Positions 14,768 through 29,633 of a stretch of DNA of 64,000 bases are shown here, one piece after another; positions within the stretch are counted from its first letter, which is position 1, and every line of letters begins with the position of its first letter. Below the pieces are notes generated by a model, which saw only the letters and a program-made list of their open reading frames with translations, searched no databases and was not told the DNA's origin. The translations under genes were made by a program, and so were the position numbers. This stretch comes from Octopus vulgaris (taxonomy: Eukaryota): NCBI GenBank assembly GCA_951406725.2, contig OX597832.1, positions 19,964,001 to 20,028,000 of the forward strand. Reading direction: 5' to 3'.

Positions 14768-14791
14768 TTGTGTCTGTGTGTATACCTATAT

Positions 14792-14822
<31 letters not shown>

Positions 14823-14833
14823 CATATATAAAC

Positions 14834-14881
<48 letters not shown>

Positions 14882-15035
14882 GCATATATTGCATATATGT
14901 GTGTATGCTTGTGTGTTTGTGTGTGTATATATATATATACATATATATATAAACATATATATACATATATATATATAAATATATATATATACATGCATAT
15001 ATATATATGCATATATGTGTGCATGCTTGTGTGTT

Positions 15036-15091
<56 letters not shown>

Positions 15092-15154
15092 CAGGATTAC
15101 ATAAATGTGTGTTTATAGAGGTATCATCATATATATGTATATGCATATATATAT

Positions 15155-15203
<49 letters not shown>

Positions 15204-15893
15204 TATATACAGGTATATGCGTAGATGTATGGGTGTATATATATATGTACGTATCTATGTTCCTCAATTTATATTCATATATATATATATATACCTGTAT
15301 AAGGTTATGTATTATTAAATATATAATTACGTCCATGTATCTCATAGATATATGCATATATTTTGCGTATGTATGTATGTATGTATGTATGCATGTGCAT
15401 CTTTGGGTGTGTAGGTGTGTGGCTGTGAGTATATTTGTGTATAGTTGTGTGTCTGCATTTTACACGCGCATTGTATTATTTGCATCTGTCTAACGTGTTG
15501 CCAACTTCCGCGATAACAATAGAAAGAAATAGAGCAATACTTCGCCCAATTGTGAAACGCTAACGAAATTTTAGCAAGGTTTTTGGCGGGAAGACACCAT
15601 GAAACTAGATTATGATGGCAAATCTATACACTCAGAAATATTCATCAACAACAACAAAAACGCTGAGAAGATACTATGTAAATTGTAATGTAGTTTTTAT
15701 TTTCGGGTCTTATTTTCATTGGAATTATATCAAGTCTTTCTATAAATCAATTTTTGCATCTCCTCTTCCCGTCTATGGAACACTTTAGATTAGATTAGCG
15801 TTGAAAAGATAGATATTTCAAATTTAGATGTCTTCCGATTCTTCACAATAATTCTCTTAAGGCCAGACGAAATGCAACACATACAGGAGGTTG

Positions 15894-16235
<342 letters not shown>

Positions 16236-16549
16236 TGGATATCTAGCTGTTTATCAATTGTCGATGCCATAGTACTGTATATATTTATTTAACTTCTTAC
16301 TCATATGTACATCGACTCTATTCAATTTCTCTGTAACTATTTATCTCTCTCTCTATGTATGTATGTGTCTATCTATCTTTCGATTGGGCTATCTACATAG
16401 CTTTATGTATATGCATATATAATGGTAACAGATATCTATATATATATGTATAAACGTGCGTGTGGATTGTCGGGTGGGAAAATATCTCTTTCTCTTCCGT
16501 TCACGTTAGCAGACTTAGACACATATCAAGACATGCGCGTGTGTGTGTG

Positions 16550-16644
<95 letters not shown>

Positions 16645-17019
16645 TCAATGTATATATACATGCATGTATATATATATATATATGTAATCATGTGTATTTA
16701 TAGATATACGAATGTATGTATGTATACATACACATATACTTACATATATATGTATTTATGTGTATTCGTGTGTGCATGTTTGTGTTGTTTTATAAGAATC
16801 GTAGATTATATATATTTTTTTAATATATGCATATATGTATGTATTCATATACAACAGTTAAATTGTTCTTTCGGGTAAAAGCGACTAGTAGCTACTGCGT
16901 ATAGCGGCTTACGTCTCGACAGCTTTCCACTCGCTCTTAATTCAGATTATAAGATATGTTGGCTGCGCAATTCTCGCCAATATACAGGACATACGCAAGC
17001 GCCATTTTTAATCTTCTCT

Positions 17020-17269
17020 TTTTATACTTTGTCCTTGACTTGCTTCAGTTATTGGACTGTGGTTACTCTGAGGCAATGCATTTGGCTGAAGAAATCAGTC
17101 TTCGACATCCCTTTTTAAAATAATTCTTGTTTTATTTTATCTTACAGTTATTCCAGCAGACACCCTTGGCGGACTACAAAATTACGGGAAGTAGAGAAAT
17201 AAAAGTGGTTCACAAAACAGCAAGGTCTCTTAAAAGACGCAATCACAAAGACATAGACACACGCACACG

Positions 17270-17353
<84 letters not shown>

Positions 17354-17470
17354 TATATGCGACGGTAATTTTTCAGTCTACGTGTAACAGGGTTCGAATC
17401 AGCTAGCGGCTATTATAGAAAGCACTTGGCCAAGGTGCTACGCATTAGGACTCAACCCAAAGCCATGTGC
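17020..17470 (-). mobile_element. SINE family A, degraded, with expanded internal (CA)n
   Basis: Diverged match to the tail (cttgcttcagttattggactg) and head (cacttggccaaggtgctacgca). Confidence 0.55.
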
Positions 17471-17790
17471 GTGGTTATGTTTATTCACTTTCGCAAGTCC
17501 ACGCTGTATTGTTTTCTTTACTCTCGACCCTATATTCTGCGCAACTTTCGCGAGCACCACCAATACGGGAAGTTCTTACTCTTATCAGTGAAGGTTGATG
17601 CCTGATGAAGAATTAGGGAACTTCTATGTCTATCTCTCGTCTGGTTGTACACAGAGTACACGTTGTATGTGTTTTTCCGCCGTTGTTGTTTATTCACCAT
17701 AATTTTTATCTCATTTATCAAGTAATAGAACACAACGCATTCAAACATATGCATATATATAAATATATAAATATGTATATCTACATATGC

Positions 17791-18191
17791 TCTCTTTTAC
17801 TTGTTTCAGTCATTTGACTGTGACCATGCTGAAGCACCACCTTTAGTCGAGGAAATCGACCCTAGGACATATTTTTTTGCAAGCCTAGTACTTATTCTAT
17901 CGGTCTCTTCTGCCGAACCGCTCAGTTACGGGGACGTAAATACACAAGCATCGGTTTTCAAGCGATGTTGACGATGTTGACAAATACAGACACACAAACA
18001 CACACATATATATGCATATACATAAATACGACGGGTTTCTTTCAGTTTCCGTCTACCAAATCCATTCATAACGCTTTGGTCGGCCCGAGGTTTTAGTAAA
18101 AGACACTTGCCCAACATGCCACGCAGTGGAACTGAACCCATAACCACGTGGTTGGCAAGCAAGGTACTTACCACACAGCTACTCCTGCGCC
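17791..18191 (-). mobile_element. SINE family A, full length
   Basis: Reverse complement of the 54304 copy over about 400 bp. Confidence 0.92.
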
Positions 18192-18199
18192 TATATACA

Positions 18200-18275
<76 letters not shown>

Positions 18276-18443
18276 GAGATAGGGGTTATGATTGTAACCC
18301 ACTGTAGGATATCAGTTATCCAATATACTGCTGGTGAAGCACCCAAATGGCAAATACATAAATGCTTATAATTGCAATGCAATTAATTCATTCATTGTAT
18401 TAGATGGGCGAAGGTAAAATATTTTACCTAAAATTCATAATAC

Positions 18444-18533
18444 AAATAAGAAAATGGAAGAACAGATTCATTTCAATATGAATCGGTAATATCTGTAAGT
18501 CGATGATTGAAACGAATCTGTTCCTCCATTTTC

Positions 18534-18539
<6 letters not shown>
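18444..18539. repeat. inverted repeat with about 34-bp arms, inside a (TA)n-bounded insert
   Basis: aaataagaaaatggaagaacagattcatttcaat versus attgaaacgaatctgttcctccattttcttattt (2 mismatches). Confidence 0.85.
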
Positions 18540-18599
<60 letters not shown>

Positions 18600-19194
18600 T
18601 CAGCATATACAACGCTTTGGCGCGTATTCGCCACTATATACAAAACTAAGAAGTAACATCTATGTGCCATCGCTAAATTTATGCACAGGACAAGGCACAT
18701 CATTTAACAGGCACAAAGTTTGACACTGACAGGATTATTACTTAGCAGCCATCTATAATTTTTCCCAATGTCCACTGTCTTCAAATTATACGTCTGTACA
18801 TGGAGAGATTCACAAGGAATTGATTTTAAACGGCTATAAAACTCAGCTAAAATTTCTATTGGGATAATCTGTAACAAAAGACAAAATAGAGTTGTATTCA
18901 TTACCCTATGACTATCATACTATTTATATGCCCCACAGTTTTTCTCTTTGTCATATATGTATGCTGTCCTCTTATTTATCAACCGATACCATCTCTTGTT
19001 TCTCTCTATTTTTCAATCATGGCTTATTCACACATCATCGTGTCATTACTAAATATCTCAAGTCCGTTTTCTATAGTTCTCTGTATGTCTGTTGGGATGT
19101 TCCTTAAACATTCTCTTACTATCTGTCATTCTCCGTTCACACTCTCTTTCGCTTTCTGTCCCTCTTACATGTTTGTACATACATCTGTATCTGT

Positions 19195-19199
19195 ATCTA

Positions 19200-19286
<87 letters not shown>

Positions 19287-19316
19287 TTAAATATCTACCT
19301 ATCTACCTATCTATCA

Positions 19317-19395
<79 letters not shown>

Positions 19396-19501
19396 AATCT
19401 ATCTATCTATCTATCTAACTATCTATCTATCTATTTATCTATCTATCAATCTATCTCTCTCTCTGCCTCTCTCTCTCTCTCACTCTGCCTCTCTCTCTCT
19501 G

Positions 19502-19575
<74 letters not shown>
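19195..19575 (+). repeat. (TATC)n-(TC)n-(TA)n compound microsatellite
   Basis: Directly visible. Confidence 0.95.
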
Positions 19576-19579
<4 letters not shown>

Positions 19580-20326
19580 TGTGTGCGCATATGTGTGTCC
19601 TTTTCTATATGCATTTTCTAATTAACATCTCTCTCTCTCTCTGCCTCTGATTCTCACACATATTTTTGTCATCTATTTCTATTAACTACGATACTTGTCT
19701 CCTTTACTTTATCGCTTTTTTCTAACTCCACGTTTCATTCGTTGACAACAATATTATATCAACAAAACAACATGCAAGCGAAAAATAAACATTTGAATTA
19801 CAAAACTTACGTATCAAAATAACACTAAATAACTTTCCCAATACAGAGTCGGGTTCTCCTTCCCTATTTTTAAGTGCTTTGCTCTCCCGTATATACCTTT
19901 CACTCACTATTCTGTATTTTGCTGATCGTTCCATTCTTCTCTACGCATGTCTTTGTATCTCCTCTCTCTCCCTCTTCGTATCTCTCTGCCATTTTCTCAC
20001 GTGATTGACACTTTTCCAGCAGCCTGAGTACTGCCAAATTTTATGAGCATCTTTCTATTATACAAACCCCTAACATAAATTAGGCTTCCCTCCCCACCTC
20101 TCTCTATCTCTCTCTCACACACACACAAAGACACATGCCAACACACACACGAACATAGGCTCATATGTATCGACATAACACTTATTCGCAAAGTCTGAAG
20201 GTAGAATAGTGTTCTATTCTGAAATCTAGAGCCCTGCAACTCCATTTTCTCATCAACAGCAATAATAAGACGAATATACACGCATCCATGTATGCGTATA
20301 TATGTATATCTCATTCTCTGTCTCTC

Positions 20327-20420
<94 letters not shown>

Positions 20421-21206
20421 CATGCGACAACAAAACATCTGGACAGTTAGACGATGCAAAAAAGGACAGGAAAATACAAAAACGGGTCATTTGGAGCTTT
20501 CTATTTTCAGTCGAATACCATATCGTCGTTGCAGTTTCTGTCGATTACACGGGAGACTTCTCTAATCTGGCCGGTCCCAAGAAAATCTAAGCTAAGAGAA
20601 CTAGATTGTTTGAAAGCAAGCAAGCGAATGTATACGAAAACAAGGACGAAAAAAAAACGGAGAAATAGTACACAGTTACAAATACAAACATCAGGACATT
20701 AACAACAGGTGTCTTTCGACTAAGGGCGAATTGCATTAAGCTGGCGTGTAAGGGCAAAAGAAAAAAATTTTCTATGCCAATATGCTTTAAAATAGAACAT
20801 GCAATATTCCTCACTATAAATACACTGTGTGATGAAACGAGGAAAGCAAGCTCACACAAATGTTTTGATATTCGTTATTCCCAAATCGGACCGATTTCTG
20901 GATTAATCCACAAGGATTTTTCCTTCTTCAGCGAGAAACACGGTTAGAATAAATAGAACGTTTACATATACCTACGGAAAAAGCAGAAGCAAAGTCATGG
21001 GTACATTTAAGTGCCCCAAATATATCTAAACAGAAATTCTGTAGCAAGCCTCAACACACGTGTAGACGGTATATCCTGTGATACAGCTAATACAAATTGA
21101 CCAACAGTCATGACTTTTACTAAAGATATGTAAATGTTATGTCTACATAATGCTAATTCTTATTTCTTTACTCCACTTCCTCGCTTCACTAACGTAATTT
21201 GACTCA

Positions 21207-21300
21207 ATAATGATGATAATGATGATGATGACGACGATGATGGTGGTGGTGGTGGTGGTTGTGGTGTGGTGGTGACGACGATGATGACGACGACGACGAC

Positions 21301-21333
<33 letters not shown>

Positions 21334-21645
21334 AATGATGATGATGATGATAATGATAATGATGATAATGACGATGACGATAACGGTGATGGTGATCGTG
21401 GTGGTGGTGGTGGTGGTGGTGGTGGTTGTGTGGTGGTGATCGTGGTGATTATGATGAAGATGATGACGATAACAGTAAGAAGAACAGCAACAAGAACATG
21501 AGCAAAAACAATGACAAGAAGAAGAAATGGAAGAAGAAGAAGAAGAAGAAGAAGAAGAAGAAGAAGAAAAGGAAGAAGAAGAAGAATAACAACAACAACA
21601 ATAACAAGAAGAAAGAGGAGGAGAGGTGGAGGGAGAGGAGGAGGA
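21207..21645 (+). repeat. mosaic trinucleotide tract (GAT/GGT/GAC/GAA/CAA/GAG)
   Basis: Directly visible. Confidence 0.93.
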
Positions 21646-21757
21646 CGTAAATAAGAATAATATGAGATTTATCGTTTTATCAGAGTTGCATGTTAGTTTT
21701 ATAAAACTCTTCATTTAATTTGTTGTTCTTGTATTTTTATCATTAATTTCCATTCAT

Positions 21758-22045
21758 CAGGTGAAGCAATTCAAATATTTAAGTAGTTATATTCCAGAAA
21801 GCAAAGAATGATTTTTTAATCTGAAGGAAGGACTGGTATAGACTACAACAAATAAAATAAACGAAATATGGAAGACTAACATGGAAGGAAAACCAAGACT
21901 CAGATTCTTCAAGGCAAGTGTACAAATTTTTCTGCCATAGAATCCAAGAACATGGACCTTAACCTGAAACCTTGGAGTAAATATTGATAATTTCTATACA
22001 AAGCTATTGAGAAGAATTTTTAACATTACCTGGTAAGATTATATA
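21758..22045 (+). pseudogene. RTE-X/RTE-like LINE reverse transcriptase C-terminal fragment
   Basis: Manual translation QVKQFKYLSSYI…NKINEIWKTNMEGKPRLRFFKASVQIFLP*NPRTWTLT*NLGVNIDNFYTKLLRRIFNITW* matches FKYLGS…IWKS…KLRxF…ETWTLT…YTxLLR…NIxW; contains stops and a frameshift. Confidence 0.75.
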
Positions 22046-22113
22046 ACCTGGAGAGATTATATAAACTGCTGCGACAGTCAGCCTCCATTCGGCAGAAAAA
22101 GATTGCGGGAAAA

Positions 22114-22747
22114 GGCGGCGAGCTGGCAGAAACGTTAGCACGCCGGGCGAAATGCTTACCGGTATTTCGTCTGTCTTTACGTTCTGAGTTCAAATTCCGC
22201 CGAGGTCAACTTTGCCTTTCATCCTTTCGGGGTCAATAAATTAAGTACGAGTCATACAATGGGGTCGCTGTAACCGACTTAATCCGTTTGTCTCTTCTTG
22301 TTTGTCCCCCTCTGTGTTTAGCCCCTTGTGTGTAGTAAAGAATTAGGTGTTTTGTCTGCCGCTACGTTCTGAGTTCAAATTCTGCCGAGGTCGACTTTGC
22401 CTTTCATCCTTTCGGGGTCGATTAAATAAGTACCAGTTACGCACTGGGGTCGATGTAATCGACTTAATACCTATGTCTGTCCTTGTTTGTCCCCGCTATG
22501 TTTAGCCCCTTGTGGGTAATGAAGAAATAGGTATTTCGTCTACCGTTACATTCTGAGTTCAAATTCCGTCGAGGTCGTCTTTGCCTGTCATGCATTCGGG
22601 GTCGATAAATTAAGTACCAGTTACGCACTGAGGTCTATATAATCGAGTTAATCCGTCTGCCTGTCCTTGTTTGTCCTCTCTATGTTTAACCCCTTGTGGG
22701 TAGTAAAGAAATAGGTATTTCGTCTGTCGTTAAGCTCTGAGTTCAAT
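22114..22747 (+). mobile_element. SINE family B (Meta-domain-like), tandem multimer
   Basis: One head followed by units of about 184 bp starting at 22161, 22346, 22530 and 22714 (partial). The three full units each carry gcctttcatcctttcggggtcgataaattaagtacc (with minor variants), which resembles the MetaSINE/Sauria central domain. Confidence 0.88.
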
Positions 22748-23491
22748 TAAAGGTATATATATGTTCACATACGCGTGTGTATGCGTATGTATGTATGCAT
22801 GTATTTACATGGAAGTATTTACATGGAAATCACAGAGACGTTAGTGTTGTATTTAGGGCTCATAACGGTGCAGCTTGTATCAAATTATTTAGTATTTTCT
22901 CCCTTCATAGTATACCAAAGATGTATAATCGAATTTTTAAGTCGTACAATATTTGTCTTCAAAAGTCGCGATGCTGCTTGTTTGTATATTTTTGGTTCTT
23001 TTGTTACTTCTCTGATCACTGTTAAAATGCTTTATCATTTGTGACGTAGGCGTCTTAATTTTATTTAGAAGGATTAACACGTGGTGGTGTTCCTTATCTT
23101 ACTTCGTATATAAGGTATCTGCTGTTATACTTATCATCAGTTATAATTTCACATTTTGCTGTACTAAATTGGCAGATTTAATTCTACATTTCTCATGATA
23201 TTCAAGTCATGATCATCAACAAACACATTTTGTGTAACACATAGTAATTAGTCTTCTTAGATAATGAGTTCGAAGTTCATTCGACTGGTCATGATAATCA
23301 AACAGCATCACTGGTCGCGTTTTCCTTTCTCTCTTCCTATAAAGATATTGAATGACATTTCTCATGGCACCAGCAGCTAAAATGGAAAAGGCGTTGCCCC
23401 GAGGGAGGACGAGGTAGATGCTCTGGAACAGCCACTCTGGCTCACAGGGCTGGCGCTTGCGGAGAGCAGTTTGTGCGACGATAGAAGTTTG

Positions 23492-23910
23492 TAGGGTATG
23501 GCCCGGTGGGATATGGGCCTAGTAGGGATATGGGTCCAGTAGGGATGTTGACTCAGTAGGGATATGGGCTCCGTAGAGATGTGGGCTCATTAGGGATAAG
23601 GGCCCAGTAGGGATTTGGGCCCAGTAGAGATGTGGATCTAGTAGGGATATGGGCCCAGTAGGGGTGTGGGCCCAGTAGGGATATATGGACCCAGTAGAGA
23701 TATGGGTCAAGTAAGGATATGGGACAAGTAGGGATGTGGGCTCATTAGGAATATGGTCCCAATAGGGATATGGTCCCAGTAGGGATAAGGGCCCAGTAGG
23801 GATGTGGGCCCAGTAGGGATATGGGGCGCAGTAAGGATGTGGGTCTAGTAGGATATGGACCCAGTAGAGATGTGTGCTCAGTTGGGATGTGGGCCCAGTA
23901 GGGATATGGC
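23492..23910 (+). repeat. 17-bp G-rich minisatellite, about 24 copies (consensus ATGGGCCCAGTAGGGAT)
   Basis: Contiguous diverged 17-bp units with no spacers. Confidence 0.93.
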
Positions 23911-24109
23911 GCCCCGATAGCGGTGAGTAGAGTTATGACTTACCTGTCAAGAACGATTCTTTATAATGCTTTAAAAGTTGCCTTAAGAATTGATGCTGAT
24001 CATAATGATGTTGTAGCGTGTTGTTTAGTTCCATGACAAACTTAACCCAGGAGCCCTTTGATCAAATGTGCTTTTTTTTTCTTTTACACATATTACGTAT
24101 TGTATCATT

Positions 24110-24468
24110 TACCTTTTACCAGTTTCAGTCACTGGACTGCGACCATACTGGGGCACCAACCCGAAGAGTTTGCTCGAATAAATCAACCCCAGTGCGTAAT
24201 TTTAAACCCTGGCATTTATTCTGTCGCTGTCTTTTGCCGAACCACTAGATTCATTAGCAAAGAAAGCCCGGCTGTCAGGAGAAGTTAGGAGTGGACCCAG
24301 GCTCAAAGACACACACATACACACTCACTCACACACCCACACACTCATTGTATATGACTGGTTTCCTTCAGGCTATATTGTAAGGGAGACCTGCCTTAGG
24401 TGCCATGCAGTGCGAATGAACTCAAAACAGTGTGGTTGGTAAGCAATCTTCTAATCACACTGCTACGT
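24110..24468 (-). mobile_element. SINE family A, degraded
   Basis: Diverged match to the tail (tttcagtcactggactgcgaccatactgg) and head (ggtgccatgcagtg…tgtggttggtaagc). Confidence 0.65.
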
Positions 24469-25061
24469 GTCTCTTTTTTTATTTTATCGTATCGCTTAAT
24501 CGCGGAAGGAACGGGTGTTTCTAGAGTGCCTTTGTGCCTATGGAAGAAGTTAACCCCAGACTAAGAGTAAGGACACACCATCACCTTTCAAGCATCGTAG
24601 AGTCATCGCTGCTCAAGTAGCAAGATATTCCGGATTTTACTAGCCGCATTTGTTTTCAGATGTAACGAAATCTAGATTCACGAAAACGATATTTTCTGTT
24701 TAGGACAGTGAAACATAATTTAGAGGAAGCTGACTGTTATTTCTAGCACACTGATTGACCCTGAACATGTTTCTTTAGTAGCTCGTTTCCAACCGCGTTA
24801 GCTCTCAGTAATCGTATTGAAGCTGTGTCAAGTTTTGTTTGTTAACTTTGATCACAGTTAGTTCGCGTGGACCCACTGCAGCTCGCTTTGATCCTTGTTA
24901 TTTCGAAATCCTATCAGTGCCAATTCAATTAGCAATGAACGCCGCATATGTTAATTTTAATTATAGATACAAATCAATAAATATTGCTATATGTCTTCAG
25001 GATTTCCAATGAGTACACTGTAAAATAATTTGTCTTTTTAACTTTTTATACGCGATGTTGT

Positions 25062-25130
<69 letters not shown>

Positions 25131-25597
25131 ACTAAAGTTTCATACTGGCATTAATTTCAGAATTGTGGATGGCAGAATCGTTTGAGTGGCGGACAAGTTG
25201 TCTTAAGCTTAGTCTCCTTGCGCTACAATTTCCAACTTCTACACAGATCCTTCTAGCCTTGTGGACAGGTTGGAAGTTCAGAGATCAATAAAATTATAAA
25301 ATTTCTACTAAATGTCATAATAATTGTCTTCAGGTTCCACCAAAGCATTCAGCTCAGTATTATTTTATTCAGTTTTTTAATAATTTTTTTTTATTGCTAA
25401 TATCATTTTATAATCGACTTACTTCTATGATGCCAACCAGAAACAGGCACCATTCTCTGACCCAGGCATATATTATTAGCCACTGTGATAAAACAAATCA
25501 CAGACTTGGTGGTGGCTTTCACAGAATCCATTATAGAACGACCTCATTCCAATCAGTGATGTAATTTAGCTTTGGATGCGATATAAGTTAACAATAT

Positions 25598-25752
25598 AAG
25601 CGTAGGAGTGGCTGTGTGATAAGTAGCTTGCTTACGAACTACATGGTTCCGGGTTCAATCCCACCGCGTGGCACTTTGGACAAGTGTCTCCTACTATAGC
25701 CTCGGGCCGACCAAAGCCTTGTGAATGGATTTCGTAGACGGAAACTGAAAGA

Positions 25753-25840
<88 letters not shown>

Positions 25841-26066
25841 GTGTGTGTGTATACGTTTGTGTGACTGTGTTTGTCTCTCCAACATCGCATGACAGCCGAT
25901 GCTGGTGTGTTTACGTCCCCGTAATATAGCGGTTCGGCAAAAGAGACCGATAGAATAAGTACCAGGCTTAGAAAGGATAAGCCCTGGGTTCGATTTGCTC
26001 GTCTAAAGGCGGTGCTCCTGCATGGCCACAGTCAAATGACTGAAACAAGTAATAATAAAAAGAGTA
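25598..26066 (+). mobile_element. SINE family A, full length
   Basis: tRNA-like head (A box tggctgtgtgataag, B box gggttcaatccc), CORE-like ctttggacaagtgtc, internal CA/TA microsatellite, tail gcatggccacagtcaaatgactgaaacaagt. Confidence 0.92.
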
Positions 26067-26917
26067 ATAACATATTGTTTGAAGTAATTATACCACGCGA
26101 AGGTCGGTCGTTATTAGCAAGTCATTCATTGTAGGTCTCTTTGCTCAAAATCCGCCAAGAGTTACAACCTACTAACAGCAACAACAACAATAACAACAAC
26201 AACAACAACAACAACAAGGAAGTTGATTGTGTCGATTTTTTAAAATTTCTAAACAAATTTCCCATCTTCCAGTATCAGTTGAAGAATGGAATGTTTAGCA
26301 TTAATTTGTATGCATAATTGTCTCTTTTAATGAACAAGGGTTAGCATTTTTAAAGGAAGATGGAAAATCGATATAATTCTACGTAACTAGTACTTTATTT
26401 AATCTACCCATAAATATGAAACGCTAATTTGGTCTGGGCGGGATTGGAACTCACAAACAATGAGCCGGAACAAATACTGGAAGACGCTTTTTTTCGACGC
26501 TCAAACAACACTGCTAGATTATCACCTTACTTTGTATAATCGTAAACACACACATTCACTCTTATTTCAATTTGAACGTTGTAACAGAGGCAGTGGAACA
26601 CCGGATTCAATAGCTGTTAAAATTCAAAATCCTGATGCTTTCAACTTAATGTTTTGTGTCCACATCTTATCAATATCAGAAATATAATATATATAGTATT
26701 TTTCAGTCAATGATCCCCTCATCAGTGAATAAATTGAATCATTAGAGCGACAGACAATATGTCTTACTCTAATATATGTTCAGGGCATACACAGTTTATG
26801 TTCTAATGATCCGGCACTTTTGAAACCGGCTCTATTAATGTCCATTAAACGAAACGTATTTTGCAAAACGATGCTTGGAAACCTTCTTACGAAACCTTAT
26901 CTGCATTATCTCTTCCC

Positions 26918-27320
26918 TACTCTTTACTCTTTTACTTGTTTCAGTCATTTGACTGCGGCCATGCTGGAGCACCGCCTTTAGCCGAGCAACTCAACCCCGG
27001 GACTTATTTTTTTGTAAGCCCAGTACTTATTCTATCGGTCTCTTTTGCCGAACCGCTAAGTAACTGGGACATAAACACACAAGCATCGGTTGTCAAGCAA
27101 TGCTAGGGGGACAAACACAAATTCACAAACACACACACATATATATATACATATATACGAAGGGCTTCTTTCAGTTTCCGTCTACCAAATCCACTCACAA
27201 GGCTTTGGTCGGCCCGAGGCTATAGTAGAAGACACTTTCCCAAGGTTCCACGCAGTGGGACTGAACCCGGAACCATGTGGTTGGTATACAAGCTACTTAC
27301 CACACAGCCACTCCTGCGCC
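26918..27320 (-). mobile_element. SINE family A, full length
   Basis: Reverse complement of the 54304 copy. Confidence 0.92.
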
Positions 27321-27709
27321 TCTTCTATTCATCTTCGTTCAAGTTTTGGCGAGACATAGATATATATATATTTGGAATACGAAAGCACTGCAATCCTTAC
27401 AAGGACTTCAGTAGCATTTACCGTTTTCATGGAGGTTTTCGTCGCATGGCACTGGCCAGGTTCCAATAATGGCACATATAAAATGCTGTAGATATAATTG
27501 TATGCGTAAAATCATTTTAACATGTTTTTCAAGGAGAAAATTTTACTTCCTTACAATTCCAGCAGAATATTCTACTGAGATTACATATTATTAGCTCTCT
27601 CGCTTTTGCGCATGTGCAGTAACTTGGCCAACGGCGTAATGCCAGGTCGATGTTATTGCATGCTATCAGTTGAAAGCGATATTATCGGTTAAACAGTGAG
27701 TAAAGCAAA

Positions 27710-27738
27710 TTATTATTATTATTATTGTTATTATTGTT

Positions 27739-27774
<36 letters not shown>

Positions 27775-28064
27775 GCTGTTGTAATTATTTGATGATAATA
27801 TTTGATAAGATGAAGGAGTAGAAATAGTAGTAGTAGTAGAAGAAGAAGAAGAAGAAGAAGAAGAAGAAGAAGAAGAAGAAGAAAAACACCAACGACAATG
27901 TTAATATTAACATTAATACTAAGAAAATGCAGCAGCAGCAGCAGCAGAAGTAGTAGTAGTAGTAGTAGTATTAGTAGCAGCAGCAGCAGTAGTAGTAGTA
28001 GTAGTAGTAGTAGTAGGAGGAGGAGGAGGAGGAGGAGGAGGAGGAGAAGGAGGAGTCGTAGCAG

Positions 28065-28125
<61 letters not shown>

Positions 28126-28392
28126 TGTATACAGATGATAGCGAGAGTAACGACGATAATGATGACAACGATAATGATTATGCCGATGATGATGATGATG
28201 AAAATGATGACGAGGAGGAATATCACCTGCAGCACCAGAAACAACATCCAAAGACAACAACAATAACATCATCATTATCAACAACAACAACATCAAATAT
28301 AATAAAACTAAAAACAACAACAACGATATTAGCACTACTACTACTACTAATGATAATGATGATGATGATGATAAATAACAATAATAATAATG

Positions 28393-28425
<33 letters not shown>

Positions 28426-28489
28426 TTCATAATATTCATAATAATAACAATAATAACAATAATAATAATATAAATAATAATAATAATGA

Positions 28490-28549
<60 letters not shown>

Positions 28550-28602
28550 TAATAATAATGATAATAATGATAATAATAATAATAATAATGATGATGATGA
28601 TG

Positions 28603-28642
<40 letters not shown>

Positions 28643-28695
28643 TAATAATAATGATAATAATGATAATAATAATAATAATAATGATGATGATGATG

Positions 28696-28735
<40 letters not shown>

Positions 28736-28851
28736 TAATAATAATGATAATAATGATAATAATAATAATAATAATGATAATAATAATGATAATAATGATA
28801 AAAATAATAATAATAATGATAATAATAATGATAATAATGATGATGATGATG

Positions 28852-28891
<40 letters not shown>

Positions 28892-29005
28892 TAATAATAA
28901 TGATAATAATGATAATAATAATAATAATAATGATAATAATAATGATAATAATGATAAAAATAATAATAATAATGATAATAATAATGATAATAATGATAAT
29001 AATAA
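27710..29005 (+). repeat. 1.3-kb trinucleotide mosaic with higher-order (AAT/GAT) units
   Basis: ATT/GTT/GAA/AGT/AGG/GAT/AAT blocks; a recurring pattern of GAT interruptions from about 28490 to 29000. Confidence 0.93.
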
Positions 29006-29353
29006 GCAAACAAACAAACAGAAACATTTCGACAGCACTTCAAATCACGTGTGAAATACACGAAACTTAAACACTCAGAGGCATTTCAAAAACGAGAACC
29101 ACATTTTACCAGATTCATCTCCCTTAAAAACAAACAAAAATAATGATTTTTAATAAAAAAAATACCGTATAAAGCAAGATTTTAATTTTGCCAACGGAAA
29201 TGCTCCTTATAAATATCTTTACATATTGGTTCTGTCAATCATATATTATTACTCTTGTGTAAATTGTTTCTTCTAGATTATAAATTCTTCAGAATTTAAT
29301 TTTGCATTTTTAATCTCATCAAAAATGTAAGATAAGAATTTATTCATATATGT

Positions 29354-29392
<39 letters not shown>

Positions 29393-29585
29393 CATGCAAC
29401 TATGTATGCATGTGCGCATATATATGTATGTGTTTGTGTGTGTCTGTATATATATGTGTATATGCATTAATATATGTATGCATGAATGCATATACATGCA
29501 TACATACACACATATATACATATATATACATACATATGTGTACAAATATATTCTTGCGTGAACGTATATATATGTATGTATGTAT

Positions 29586-29633
<48 letters not shown>

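Noticed and set aside
20420-20760. Repeat-like segment after a (TG)n tract, possibly another Penelope-type end
   Set aside because: Single copy in the window with no clear ribozyme fold, TIR or ORF; cannot be supported without a database search.
23492-23910. Regular short repeats as a CRISPR array or coding repeat (ORF 23519-23710)
   Set aside because: Units are contiguous with no unique spacers, there are no cas genes, the context is eukaryotic, and the 17-bp period is not a multiple of 3.
23938-24040. Possible minus-strand exon MELNNTLQHHYDQHQFLRQLLKHYKESFLT ending in CAG|GTAAGT
   Set aside because: Short, with no recognisable homology and no partner exons; a consensus donor alone is expected by chance in 64 kb.
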